Of a stretch of DNA of 64,000 bases, positions 12,421 through 25,087 are shown in pieces. The notes beneath the pieces were generated by a model. The model was not told the origin of the DNA. It worked only from the letters and a program-made list of their open reading frames with translations, and did no database searches. The stretch comes from Octopus bimaculoides (taxonomy: Eukaryota): NCBI RefSeq assembly GCF_001194135.2, contig NC_068986.1, positions 113,702,149 through 113,766,148 of the forward strand, in the 5' to 3' direction. Each line of letters starts with the position of its first letter. The first letter of the stretch is position 1. The position numbers and the translations under genes were made by a program.

Positions 12421-13409
12421 NNNNNNNNNNNNNNNNNNNNNNNNNNNNNNNNNNNNNNNNNNNNNNNNNNNNNNNNNNNNNNNNNNNNNNNNNNNNNNNN
12501 NNNNNNNNNNNNNNNNNNNNNNNNNNNNNNNNNNNNNNNNNNNNNNNNNNNNNNNNNNNNNNNNNNNNNNNNNNNNNNNNNNNNNNNNNNNNNNNNNNNN
12601 NNNNNNNNNNNNNNNNNNNNNNNNNNNNNNNNNNNNNNNNNNNNNNNNNNNNNNNNNNNNNNNNNNNNNNNNNNNNNNNNNNNNNNNNNNNNNNNNNNNN
12701 NNNNNNNNNNNNNNNNNNNNNNNNNNNNNNNNNNNNNNNNNNNNNNNNNNNNNNNNNNNNNNNNNNNNNNNNNNNNNNNNNNNNNNNNNNNNNNNNNNNN
12801 NNNNNNNNNNNNNTATATATATATATATATAATTTTGTGTTTTCATACAAACGCATATATATATATATATATATATACATATACATACATACATACATGC
12901 ATGTATGTGTAGAAACGTGTATATGTATATATGTGTATGTTTGTATATTGGAATCTGCTTATTTTGTGTATCTTTTTCTTTTTCATTTCTCTTTGTCTGC
13001 GAAATTGAAAACTTATAGACACGTGAAATCTTTGCAAACCGCCAAGTTTCTACTTATTAATTCTTGTACTTTTCTATGTATTACGACAGTAATAATACAT
13101 ACACTAGTTCGCCTGCGAGATTAACACTGATCAAATTTGCATTTCTATATCTTTTATATTATACATTATGACTTAGACTCTTCAGAAAAAATCATAAACC
13201 AACTTTCTTCTCGCCCTTCAAGTTTTGTGACGCTCAAAGGCGCTCAAACCTGTAACCTCTCTATGGTATAACGTGCAATGCTAGAATCTGTAATGAAAGT
13301 CCATTATTCATGAAACTATGTTTATAGTTGTATGTAATATTTTTTTATTGCGTTTTAAGTATTTCGGCATTAGTATCACAACGTTTCTTCTATAGTGTAT
13401 ATGTTTGAC

Positions 13410-13550
13410 AAGGATTTAGGTACACCACAACGTGGTTGCAGGTTCGATCACATTCTGTGGCACCTTTGCCAACAGATTTCTGCTAGGACCTCGGGCAGAC
13501 CAAAGTCATGTGCGACGATATGTTTGATGGAAACTGAAAGAAGCCCGTCA
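13410..13550 (+). mobile_element. 5' part of composite tRNA-derived SINE
   Basis: ggttgcaggttcgatc...tggcacctttg...ggaaactgaaagaagcccgtc matches the reverse complement of 995-1158. Confidence 0.6.
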
Positions 13551-13983
13551 TATATATGTATATATGTATATATATATATATNNNNNNNNNNNNNNNNNNN
13601 NNNNNNNNNNNNNNNNNNNNNNNNNNNNNNNNNNNNNNNNNNNNNNNNNNNNNNNNNNNNNNNNNNNNNNNNNNNNNNNNNNNNNNNNNNNNNNNNNNNN
13701 NNNNNNNNNNNNNNNNNNNNNNNNNNNNNNNNNNNNNNNNNNNNNNNNNNNNNNNNNNNNNNNNNNNNNNNNNNNNNNNNNNNNNNNNNNNNNNNNNNNN
13801 NNNNNNNNNNNNNNNNNNNNNNNNNNNNNNNNNNNNNNNNNNNNNNNNNNNNNNNNNNNNNNNNNNNNNNNNNNNNNNNNNNNNNNNNNNNNNNNNNNNN
13901 NNNNNNNNNNNNNNNNNNNNNNNNNNNNNNNNNNNNNNNNNNNNNNNNNNNNNNNNNNNNNNNNNNNNNNNNNNNNNNNNNNN

Positions 13984-14030
<47 letters not shown>

Positions 14031-14299
14031 GTATGTATGTATGTATTATTTTATATTATATGCTTTTCTTATGTGTTTGTGGACCATGGTGTATCTTTTA
14101 TATATGTTTGTTTGTTTGAGGGGTGTTGTTTTTGTTGAGTCGTTGACCCGAACATAATGTTTTTATTCTGTTACTAATGCTCCTTTATCTTCGTCTCATT
14201 TATATTTGAGCACTTCTTTTGCAGTCCTATATAAACTTTTTTTGTTTCTTAATAGGAGACAAATATTATTATTGTTATATATATATACATATACATAAT

Positions 14300-15110
14300 T
14301 AAGAGAAGAACCACAAATATATAATTCAAACATTGAAAGTACAATCACCTTCCAGAAAAAGTACTCTATAAAATACTAATCTAAAAATTTAATTAGATAT
14401 GAAATTAAATTAATAAATTAAAAAGTAATAGGTAGACTACGCGCGTTTCTGAACAATAAGAATTATGATAAGGTTTTCCTGGGTAATTATGTTATTAATA
14501 ATAGAGATAAAGTTAATCCATAACATAAACATAACAATAAAAATAATACACTAACAAATACGATTAGAAGTAATTCTTTTAATTATGATAATATATCTAA
14601 TAATTGAAATAATAAGAAAAAAGTTGGTTAATAATCCCCTATGGAGAACAAATTAAGACAAACATTATTTTTAAAAAATTAATGTAATTGAAATGTTCAC
14701 TAAATATAATAAAAAATATTATGACATTTTTTCTAGTAAGAATTTTGGAGTTGTTTATTCTACTACTAATAATGTTGGTAACATTATTTCATCCTTCAAT
14801 AAGTTTAAATTAAATAAGTTTTACAATAACAAAGGATGTTTATAACTAGAAATAGCCCTGACGAAAGTAGCATAAATTTTCTTAAGTCGTTCAATTTACC
14901 TTAATTGATCAATAAACCAATTGAATAATGAGCTACAATGACTACTGGAAACAGCTGTACGCCATATATAGTTGCTCCAATAAACGAATAATATGTAACG
15001 ACCATCATTTTAAATTTTTTACTCGGAGTTCTTCACTAATCTACTTTTGTTAGCCTGGGTGCCATTAGAGAGTTTATGAAGTATCTTGCTCGATTTGATG
15101 ATCTATTACT
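14300..15110 (+). mobile_element. Penelope-like element remnant (RT C-terminal/linker region, no GIY-YIG seen)
   Basis: Segments IGRLRAFLNNKNY, SWLIIPYGEQIKTNII and MFTKYNKKYYDIFSSKNFGVVYSTTNNVGNIISSFNKFKLNKFYNNKGCL* (14693-14845) align with VWVILPFSKSVKSN...FSNMRNISQIISAHN of the 25 kb PLE. Flanked by (TA)n and (TA)/(TG)n. Confidence 0.6.
14851..14967 (+). ncRNA. Candidate type I hammerhead ribozyme with palindromic stem III
   Basis: CUGACGA 14858-64; stem II AGUAG(14866-70)/CUACU(14942-46) enclosing ~70 nt, first pair A.G; GAAAC 14948-52; palindrome ACAGCUGU 14951-58; cleavage triplet GUA. Stem I is only partly paired (aauagcc vs cgccaua). Confidence 0.5.
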
Positions 15111-15137
15111 ATGTGTGTAGGTGTGTTCGTGTGTGCG

Positions 15138-15217
<80 letters not shown>

Positions 15218-15642
15218 TAAAAATAAATACAAAAAAGGGTTTTGTATGATCGTGTATAGAGGAATATATCATTTTATTTTATTTAAAAGAGTTCCAACTG
15301 TTTTTTATGTTTTTTTTTATTTATATTCTTGTAAAATTAATGTGGGGTATAGAATATGGAATATATAATATAAAAAAAGATGGATGGTACAAGGAAATGA
15401 AGTATTGAATGTCTTATTGGATATATGGAATATGTCTTATTGAATATATGAAATATTGAGTGTTCAATATAAAGGATTAAATATATAAATATATAAAGNN
15501 NNNNNNNNNNNNNNNNNNNNNNNNNNNNNNNNNNNNNNNNNNNNNNNNNNNNNNNNNNNNNNNNNNNNNNNNNNNNNNNNNNNNNNNNNNNNNNNNNNNN
15601 NNNNNNNNNNNNNNNNNNNNNNNNNTATATATATATATATAT

Positions 15643-15935
15643 GCTGAGACCCTCTGAGGCACAAGTCCAGGCAAGGTTGTTTATAGAAGACCAGCAGTCG
15701 CCCATGCATGCCAGCCTCCCCTCTCCACGCCACCAGTGTTATCCAAGGGAAATGCAAAGGGGCCGATACAGCTTGGCATCTGTGACGTCGCAACTCATTT
15801 CTACAGCAGAGTGAACTGGAGAAACGTGAAATAAAGTGTCTTGTTCAAGAACACAACACGCATCCCGGTCTGGGATTCGAACTCACAACCTCGCGATCGT
15901 AAGCTCGACGCTCTAACCACTGAGTCATGCACCTT
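15643..15935 (-). mobile_element. tRNA-derived CORE-type SINE
   Basis: Minus strand reads TGACTCAGTGG (A box) ... GAGTTCGAATCC (B box), then a CORE-like gttcttgaacaagacactttatttcacg...ccagttcactctgctgtagaaatgagt. Confidence 0.85.
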
Positions 15936-15966
15936 CCCACAAACACACACACACACATATATATAT

Positions 15967-15998
<32 letters not shown>

Positions 15999-16046
15999 TG
16001 CATTTATGTACGTACGTATGTATATATGTAATTATCTGTGTATGTC

Positions 16047-16084
<38 letters not shown>

Positions 16085-16099
16085 AGTCTGCCTTTTAGC

Positions 16100-16292
16100 T
16101 TGTGTTTGTCCCTTGCAATGGCTTAACAACCGGCGTTGATTTGTTTACGTTTCCGTAGACTACGGTTCGTCAAAAGACCGACAGAATAAATACCAAGCTG
16201 AAAAGATTAATCCCTGGTCGATTTGTATGGCTAAATAGTTCGTCGATGCTCCAGCATGGCTGCTGTCCGATGACTGAAAGAGGTAAAAGATA
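16100..16292 (+). mobile_element. 3' part of composite SINE
   Basis: tgtgtttgtccc...acaaccggcgttg...ggttcgtcaaaag...gctccagcatggctgc...tgactgaaag; reverse complement of 783-960. Confidence 0.6.
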
Positions 16293-16839
16293 GACATATT
16301 CACTCTTAGAGCATGTGTTTCAGCTCTGGCGAAATTCTTTAAAATTCATCGCATTCGCTAAATTTGGGTCATTCATGAATATGGGTCAGAAGTAAATATA
16401 CTCAACCGTGCAAATGCAAATTCTTGGTAATCTATGCTTTGGAATCAACCGTGATTTAAGGATGGAATGACATAATTGGCCTGAGATTTTGCTGCAGAAG
16501 ATTCAGAACATCTGACAAGACATTTACTATTTTGCTGGTAGTACATTTTGGCGCTGGAAGCAGACACGTATGCGTGGAGAAATATATTAACATACATTAG
16601 GAATAGTGAACGAGGTGGAAAGAGAAAGGCAGAGTTAGAGAATGAGAGAGAGAGTGAGATAAACATAAATATATTGTCACTTCTCGTGTATTTAAAGAAA
16701 TATACTTACATATAAACAGTGAGAATGAGAGAGGAGGAAAGAGGGGAGGGAGAGAGAAGATAGAATGAAGGAGGAAAGAAAGAAAGGGGAGAGGAGAGAA
16801 TGGGAGAAGAAGAAAGAGAGGGGAGAGAAGAGGAGAGAA

Positions 16840-17095
16840 CGAGAGAAACAGGAAAATGTCTGATGTCAAATAAGTCAGCAGCGAATCCGTGATGCCAAAT
16901 GGCTGGGACCAAACGGCTGCATCAAAAGTCTTCTCCTGATTTAAAGAAACCAATTGGCCGAAACTGTTTGATGCTAGATGTCTTTGCGAATTGATTTTTT
17001 TCCAATCCATTTCATTGTCAAACACAAACGTACTAGCTTTCACCTTCTGATTGCCATCGTCGTCCAGCTTTGAATTCATCAACACAAATGCTCTT
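16840..17095 (-). CDS. Candidate coding segment between microsatellites (unknown)
   Basis: About 85 open, non-repetitive codons: RAFVLMNSKLDDDGNQKVKASTFVFDNEMDWKKINSQRHLASNSFGQLVSLNQEKTFDAAVWSQPFGITDSLL. GC is higher than the flanks; no clean donor found. Confidence 0.22.
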
Positions 17096-18123
17096 AAATA
17101 CACACACACACACACACACACACACTCCCCTTCTCTTTATCTGTCTTTCTCTCTCTCTCTCTTTTTTTTCTTTCTCTCTCTCTTTTTTTTCTCTCTCTCT
17201 CTCTTTTTTTCTCTCTTTCTCTCTCTATCTCTTCTTTTCTCTTCCTTTCATTCTATTTCTCATCCATTCTCTCTCATTTTCACTCCTTTGATTACTGTAA
17301 GGGCAACACATGTAATGAAATTCTAGTTGAAGTTACAGATCTATTTTTCTGTTTACATTTACATCCCAACACTTTTTAAATCCGATAAAGTTCACAATGT
17401 TCGGAAACGACATACAATTATCTTTTGCTGGAAAAACGAGCTTTCCTCTGTGATCTACAATGCAGTTGTATCCTAAATTATTGGAAATAGAGAATTCTTT
17501 TTGATTTTAGCCGATGAAAATTTCTTCATTGTATTTCCTCAAATGCATTTAAGTTAATGTTTTGTCTTTTGTTTTTTCTTGTTTCTCCGATTCCCTATGA
17601 AAGTTCTCTTACTCCTTTTCTCCCGCGTATTGTATCGGACTGTCCACCTTCGCATTGATATAGTCTCGTTTTCACAAAACTTATTCAAATTAAACTGTTG
17701 ACACACAGATCCGATCTTCTGTCTCTTGTTCTCTTTCAATCATTAATTATCAACATATATATTTGGTTCAGCGTTTCAGTATTGCTCGTTCTTCAGATAA
17801 CAGCTTCATCTGGCTTCAATTACAGTCTTAGTTTTTGACAAAGGGATGAATATTTTGCACTGAGTAGTGCTAGATATATTCATTAGTAATAGAGACTAGC
17901 GTCATGACTTGAATTCGCTTTAGCAGGAAACTGTTCGGTTAAGTACGACTACAACAAAAACAACAAAAATGTCGTCTTCGCTGTAATGTTCGTTGTAATG
18001 TTTAGAGATTAGAGCCATTACGAACGAGACTTTAGTCTCAATCCATCAGAAGGCGATAAATCCGTTATTGGCAAAATACCACTCTTGATCATCCCAAGAA
18101 CATGTGAATATACTGAAAATATA

Positions 18124-18899
18124 TTAGGTCGTCAAGTAGGAAATTTGTAGTAAGGTATATGGTAAACTTTGACAGCTGCTCATTTTGTGCCATTATTATA
18201 TTTTGACAATTTTATATTTTGAATCGAATTGTAAGATATGATGAGAAATGGATCCAATCCAACAGCCGTAAACGTTCAGCACAATGGTTGGACAAAGCCG
18301 AGCCATCAAAACACAGTCCAAAAAGCAAAATTCATAAAAAGAAGCTGATAGTGTGTGTTTGGTGGTCTGACACCGGTGTGATATATTATGATTTCAATAA
18401 ACCTGGCTCATCAATCACGGCCGAAGTATATTGCAGTCAAATCGACCAAATGATGCAGAATCTTACAAAAAAACAGCCTAGGTTAGTCAACAGATCCACT
18501 CCAGTTTTATTGCAAGACAACGCCAGACCACACGTCGCAAAAATGACATTGGCGAAACTATAGGAGTTGGAGCTGGAAGTTCTCCATCATCCACCGTACT
18601 CACCTGATCTTGCTACCCCTTCTTGCCCCCACTGACTACCACTTCTTCCAGAATTTGGATAACTTCTTGATAGGAAAAGAAAATTAATTCCGACGATGCG
18701 GTAAAACAGACCTTCCAAGATTTTATTGTCTCTATATTGCCAGACTTTTATAGTTCCGGGCTGAACAAGCTACCGCTGAAATGACAAAAGTGTATTGACA
18801 ATATGGATGCATACTTTGATGAATAAAACAATTCCTTGTAATTAGAAAACATTAGCAATTTTCTTTTCTTTCCTACGAATTTCAAACTCGATGACCTAA
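18124..18899 (+). mobile_element. Internally deleted mariner (DD34D) transposon with both TIRs and TA TSDs
   Basis: YDEKW, KKKLIVCVWW, LLQDNARPH, HPPYSPDLA..TDYHFF and FYSSGLNKL motifs, with a stop at 18561 and frameshifts. 5' TIR ttaggtcgtcaagtaggaaatttgtag versus reverse complement of the 3' end ttaggtcatcgagtttgaaattcgtag. TA at 18122-23 and 18900-01. Confidence 0.92.
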
Positions 18900-19374
18900 T
18901 AACTATTATCTTGCACCCGCTTATGTTCTGATTTCGGCTCATATGGCAGACAATCTTGCTTTTTATATATTGTTGGTCAATGTATTTCTGATCGATTATT
19001 CTAATCAATCAATTCGACCGAACTTTTTCCAATTCCAACCCTCTCCGCCACACAAATAACTTCTCCATCGATTGATAGACTGGGAAATTCAGTACCACTA
19101 ACTTGTTTTGTTCTTATGTTGCCATAACAACGTTTCTAAAAATCATGTTGCCTCAACCAACAGCTAAAATAATAATTATAAAGATTAACAGGGTTTAATG
19201 ATAGGTATTTATCAGAAACAAGTCCCATTCACTCTGTTTTCATATCTCCATTTTGGCATTGAATGTGGTAAGATATCTTCTGGTTCTTGTACAATTCTCT
19301 TGGCGAGATAATCGTTGTGAAAGCAAGAAGCTCAACAGATTGCTTTATTCTTGTCACATTTTACAAGCTCCAAT

Positions 19375-19752
19375 TGCTGGGCTGTGACCATGCTGGGGCA
19401 CCGCCGCCAACGGTTTAGTCAAGCGAATCGACTCCGGTACTTATTTCAATGTTTGGTACTTATTCTATTCTCTTCCTTTTGACGAGCCGCTAAATTATGG
19501 GACGCATACAAACCAATGTTGCTTGTCAAGCAGTGATAAGGGTCACACACAAAGACATACGTACACACACATATTGTCGATGGGATTCCATATAGTTACC
19601 GTCTGCCAAATTTACTCACAAGGTATTGGTTGATCAATGTGGCTTTAGTTGAAAATACTTGTCCAACGAGCGGCAATGTGAGATGGAACTGGAAACCGTG
19701 TGGGTAAAAAAGAAAGCGAGATTCTTAACAACACAAGCCATGCCTGCGGCTA
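19375..19752 (-). mobile_element. Composite tRNA-derived SINE, older copy
   Basis: Collinear with 783-1158 (ccatgctggggcaccgcc...tttactcacaagg...acaagccatgcctgcggct). Confidence 0.7.
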
Positions 19753-20229
19753 TATGCAGAAGATTATCAATGAACCCTATAAGGCCTCGACTTTCTCTAC
19801 AAATACAACATCTTTTGATTTGGTATATTTATCATAACCAATGTATATAAAAAACTGAGCTATTAATATTATAGAAACATTGAAAAATTACTGTAACCAA
19901 TTACTGAAAGAGTTGGGAGTTTTACGCTTTTTGAATTACTTCCGCTACTTAAAGAAACCACGTAAATTACTGTAGCAACCTTTATCTGACATTTGCATTT
20001 AAATGGTGAATTTTGTTGACTTTGTGTTTTTGCGTTTGTGGTTAGTAAAAGGAGTTACACGCCATGAAACATTATCAAGATATATAATTTGCCTTTGCCA
20101 TCAAAATAAAAAACACAGTATCATTGTACACGAGATCCAAATAATTATCAGGGCATAGAATGAAGACAAAATTTATTGAGGCTTCACTTGAGGGTTTCCA
20201 TTCATATTTTCCTGTGAATCAACGTCATC

Positions 20230-20600
20230 ACAATTTTATCAGACGACTGAAGCAGGGAATGTGAGAAACCCATCACGCTCAAAAGGTACCTGAATAAGGG
20301 TTGTTTAAGAATGGTAAACGAAATAATCATGCTTCCAGAGGTGAATTATTCAAACCCCAAATAATTTCTCTTAACACATGGCTATGATGATCCTCCACTA
20401 CTTCTGCTCGTGATCAGAAATGCACATGTCGTCAGCCACCAAGGGATCTGCTCAACTTGATAAGGTCAACCAAATATATGGTATTGAGCAGAATGTTTGC
20501 TGTAGCCCATCTGTTACACCAATACAAAAGATATGTATGATAAAACTTCCAATCAGTTAAGATCAGAAGCCATAGGAGCCACTGCCTGGTATCGCACTTT
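20230..20600. repeat. Dispersed repeat (probable LINE 3' UTR); second copy 29275-29520 adjoining (TTA)n
   Basis: Shared cccatcacgctcaaaaggtacctgaataagggtt (20270) and cccatcccactcaaaaggtctctgaataagggtt (29490). Confidence 0.5.
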
Positions 20601-20629
20601 CCATAATCTCAATGGCTAGGCTCTGGAAC

Positions 20630-21290
20630 TTTGCTCTTTTTGCTATCCCTCTCATATTGTTTGTGTTTTCATCATTTGGGACTTTAAAGTCAATTATTCG
20701 GCACTTTCTATTTTCTTTATCTACTACTACTAGCTTCTATTACTTTGCCAGTCTGAATGTTAATGTCCCATAACATCTTTCTTACTTTCTAATACTTTAT
20801 TAGATTCATGTTCACACCAATTATCAGTATGTTCAAATCTTAGCTTCCTATATAGCTCCCAGTGGATTACTCTCCCTAGGCTGTCATGTCTTTTCTTGTA
20901 TTCTTTCTGTGCCAGCAATCTACCTTTTCTTACTATGAGTAACGCTTTCTTCTTTCGATTTGCATAAGCTACCTTGGGAATCTTCTTGGTTTTCGTCTAT
21001 CTTGGCTTTTATACAATTAGTTCATAATACTTGCTCTTCTGCTGTTACTAACAAACTCTCTCACTCCCTTTTTAGCTTTCCTTTCTGGAACCATTACCAT
21101 GTCTCAGTACTACTATTTGCTGGGAATCTACTGTCGAAAGCCTTCCCTTGCCAGTCAGATAGCTTTATTTTTTCTGGGTTTAAACTTCGTTTTGGTTTTT
21201 GGTTTCCCTATGTCTTGCAGTGTCTCGAGCAGCTTTTAATAAACTTTCGTTACAGGGGCAGAAAAAAGGCAGTCACACCGTCCTAATCAG
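20630..21290 (-). mobile_element. NeSL/Hero LINE C-terminal fragment (Zn-knuckle region plus RLE)
   Basis: Minus translation KGKLKRE*ESLLVTAEEQ...LAQKEYKKRHDSLGRVIHWELY...VVDKENRKCRIIDFKVPND. Confidence 0.8.
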
Positions 21291-22771
21291 GAATACCCCA
21301 CTTTACGCTAACAAATTGAGTTTACTCTGTAATACTGTTACTATATATATATATGTGCACGTGTAAGTATATATATACATATATAGATNNNNNNNNNNNN
21401 NNNNNNNNNNNNNNNNNNNNNNNNNNNNNNNNNNNNNNNNNNNNNNNNNNNNNNNNNNNNNNNNNNNNNNNNNNNNNNNNNNNNNNNNNNNNNNNNNNNN
21501 NNNNNNNNNNNNNNNNNNNNNNNNNNNNNNNNNNNNNNNNNNNNNNNNNNNNNNNNNNNNNNNNNNNNNNNNNNNNNNNNNNNNNNNNNATATATATATA
21601 TATATACACTTACATACATAGAATACATGTATTTATACATATATTCTTATATATACATATGTATATGTATATGCGTCCGCACGTTTGTGTATATGTGCGT
21701 ATGTTTGCGTACGTGTTTGTGTACGTGTGTGTGTGTCTGTGTGTGTCTGGGTGTGCGCGTGTGTGTGAATAGGGAAAGCTATATGGAAAAATCTGTACTC
21801 AGAAAACTGAACATAAACAGACAATGGTATATTCTTATCTGTTGTCTGCACGTACACGTGTGTGCATGCGCACGTGTGTGCGTACGTGTGTGTGTGTGCG
21901 CGCGTAAGGGTGCTTCTGTGTACATCTACGTCTGTGTGTGTTCTTGTGTGTGCTTATGAGCATGTCTCTAGATGTTGCAATTTTGCGTTGCTGTTTATCG
22001 TCAGCCCAATCTTATAAATCACTGCGCTTTATTTTATTTCAGTCTTTACCACAATCGACGCACGCGCATATGCAAATAATTATCTACAAATATACACACT
22101 CACGCACGCATGTACACATGTGTGTATGCCTCACTATGTGCTCTCTTCTTTATGTAGTTGATGTGTGTATTAATATCTGTGTGCGTATGTCTATGTGATC
22201 ATGTGTTGCATGCATATGTCTACATGTGGTTTCAAATAAACCAATATACACACACATATATATGACTAGCTGTTTTCTACGTATCCATGCTCCGCTGTGA
22301 ATTATGTATCCGTAGCCTGCTCTCCCTCTATGTATTGTAGTGGAGATATGTGTTATGTGTTGAGATGTTATTGTTTATATAAACATACAGTACAGAAACG
22401 CTAGCGAAAACTCACGCACGATTGCTCAATAACTTGTTCCCTTCTTTGCTCCACTGCTTCTTCGATTCGCTTCAGCAGCCACGCCTTGGCTAGACATACA
22501 TGACGCTCCATCAGTTGCCATAAATATAACGTGACTAACATAGCCATGTGATATGTGGGGGAGGGGTGTGTGGGTGAATGGATATGTGTAGTGTTAACCT
22601 ATAGACAATGAGCAGAGATCGATTCACAGCTGGGTCGATTGACTAGATATTTAGCAGGTGTTGCAATTGTATATCTTATGTGTACATGAGTATGGGTATA
22701 AAAGGAAATATATTTATGGTTATACGTCACTATCAATCTATCTATCTATCTATCTATCTGTCTATCACTCC

Positions 22772-22804
<33 letters not shown>

Positions 22805-22815
22805 NNNNNNNNNNC

Positions 22816-22854
<39 letters not shown>

Positions 22855-22886
22855 TTCATACACACGCATATAATATGTATGCATAC

Positions 22887-22920
<34 letters not shown>

Positions 22921-23005
22921 CATATATACATACGTGTATGTACATACTCAGGTCTATATATATATATATATATACATATATACATACGTGTATGTACATA
23001 CTCAG

Positions 23006-23059
<54 letters not shown>

Positions 23060-23062
<3 letters not shown>

Positions 23063-23430
23063 CAAACCTGTGCACAGGATGTCATGAAACGTGTACAACA
23101 AAAAAGTACGAAGCACGAGTACGTGGAACATGAACTATTCTTTCGAACAACGAAAGACGTAAATGTAAAATAAAACAAAGAACATAAAGAACAGCCCTTC
23201 ATCAGTTGTTGGCTGTTTTTCTAGTCTTGTATTTCGAGCATTTAACAACAATTTACTCTTTCGATAAAATAGTTGCACTCGCAAAGCAAATTAAATAAAA
23301 TTTGGGATTTTGCGGAAAGTCAAAATAGGTAACACAAACAGGAAGGGCTGCTAAGCCTAGACAAGGTTGTGGTGGTGAACGCGTAAATCAAGCTAGGACA
23401 GGAGACAGACAAGAACACGTCTTCCTTGTT
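23060..23430. repeat. Dispersed repeat abutting (TA)n, related to 27040-27480 (probable PLE terminal sequence)
   Basis: Both copies share aacaacgaaaga...aaagaac...cccttcatcagtt...tttcga...gcaaagc...aaataaaattt. Confidence 0.55.
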
Positions 23431-25087
23431 CCAGCTACAACGGAAGAAAAGAAAGAAAGATGGCCGATAGTCGCATGGGAGCCACGCGAGCAAGGGACGA
23501 TAAGTGAGGGAGAGTGACAGAGTAACAGGATAGAATAGTGGAAGAAGAGGAAGTAAAAGAATAAGAGAGAGAAAAGAGAGAGGAAAAAGTAAAAAGATCG
23601 TATAGAGTGCGCATCAGAATAATCAAAATAAAATTAATTGGAAGAGGATGCGTGGTGTTCAATCATATAATAACATAAATAATATATATATNNNNNNNNN
23701 NNNNNNNNNNNNNNNNNNNNNNNNNNNNNNNNNNNNNNNNNNNNNNNNNNNNNNNNNNNNNNNNNNNNNNNNNNNNNNNNNNNNNNNNNNNNNNNNNNNN
23801 NNNNNNNNNNNNNNNNNNNNNNNNNNNNNNNNNNNNNNNNNNNNNNNNNNNNNNNNNNNNNNNNNNNNNNNNNNNNNNNNNNNNNNNNNNNNNNNNNNNN
23901 NNNNNNNNNNNNNNNNNNNNNNNNNNNNNNNNNNNNNNNNNNNNNNNNNNNNNNNNNNNNNNNNNNNNNNNNNNNNNNNNNNNNNNNNNNNNNNNNNNNN
24001 NNNNNNNNNNNNNNNNNNNNNNNNNNNNNNNNNNNNNNNNNNNNNNNNNNNNNNNNNNNNNNNNNNNNNNNNNNNNNNNNNNNNNNNNNNNNNNNNNNNN
24101 NNNNNNNNNNNNNNNNNNNNNNNNNNNNNNNNNNNNNNNNNNNNNNNNNNNNNNNNNNNNNNNNNNNNNNNNNNNNNNNNNNNNNNNNNNNNNNNNNNNN
24201 NNNNNNNNNNNNNNNNNNNNNNNNNNNNNNNNNNNNNNNNNNNNNNNNNNNNNNNNNNNNNNNNNNNNNNNNNNNNNNNNNNNNNNNNNNNNNNNNNNNN
24301 NNNNNNNNNNNNNNNNNNNNNNNNNNNNNNNNNNNNNNNNNNNNNNNNNNNNNNNNNNNNNNNNNNNNNNNNNNNNNNNNNNNNNNNNNNNNNNNNNNNN
24401 NNNNNNNNNNNNNNNNNNNNNNNNNNNNNNNNNNNNNNNNNNNNNNNNNNNNNNNNNNNNNNNNNNNNNNNNNNNNNNNNNNNNNNNNNNNNNNNNNNNN
24501 NNNNNNNNNNNNNNNNNNNNNNNNNNNNNATTATATACACACACATATACATCCAAATATACACATATATTTTTATATATATAAAAATACATTTACACAA
24601 ATACGCACCCATACAAATTCACAAATACACTCATATATGAATATATAAAGAAACTTATGCATAAATATATCTGTGCACAAAAATGTACATACATCCAATA
24701 AAGCATACGTATATATATATTTTTTATATATTTCTTATAAGTGATAGTAATAGGAGTAAAAATAAGGATAAAAATAAAAATAATAATACCTAATACATAA
24801 ATGTACACAAAAATTTATACAAACATATCTAGTTTATACAAAAACATGAATATATATGCACACAGACACACACACATTCTCCCACAAATATACGTGTATA
24901 TATAAACACTTATACACGTATACTCATACGCACAATGTTAATCTTAATCTTCTAACATGTGAGGGAATTAATAACCTGTTTTACTAGAACTATTTGATGA
25001 ACTCACATATTAAGGGTTAATATGATAGCTTTCTATAAAAACAATGATTGTTATTTATATGCTGAAAATACATGCTTTTGCCAATGT

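Noticed and set aside
14438-14449. Minus-strand GAAACGCGCGUA palindromic stem III-like motif
   Set aside because: No CUGANGA or stem I partner within range; it lies inside the PLE coding region.
14130-15498. Possible mitochondrial insertion (NUMT), suggested by very AT-rich coding-like sequence
   Set aside because: No mitochondrial gene motif could be read in either strand. The + strand peptides align with the Penelope-like ORF at 25 kb instead.
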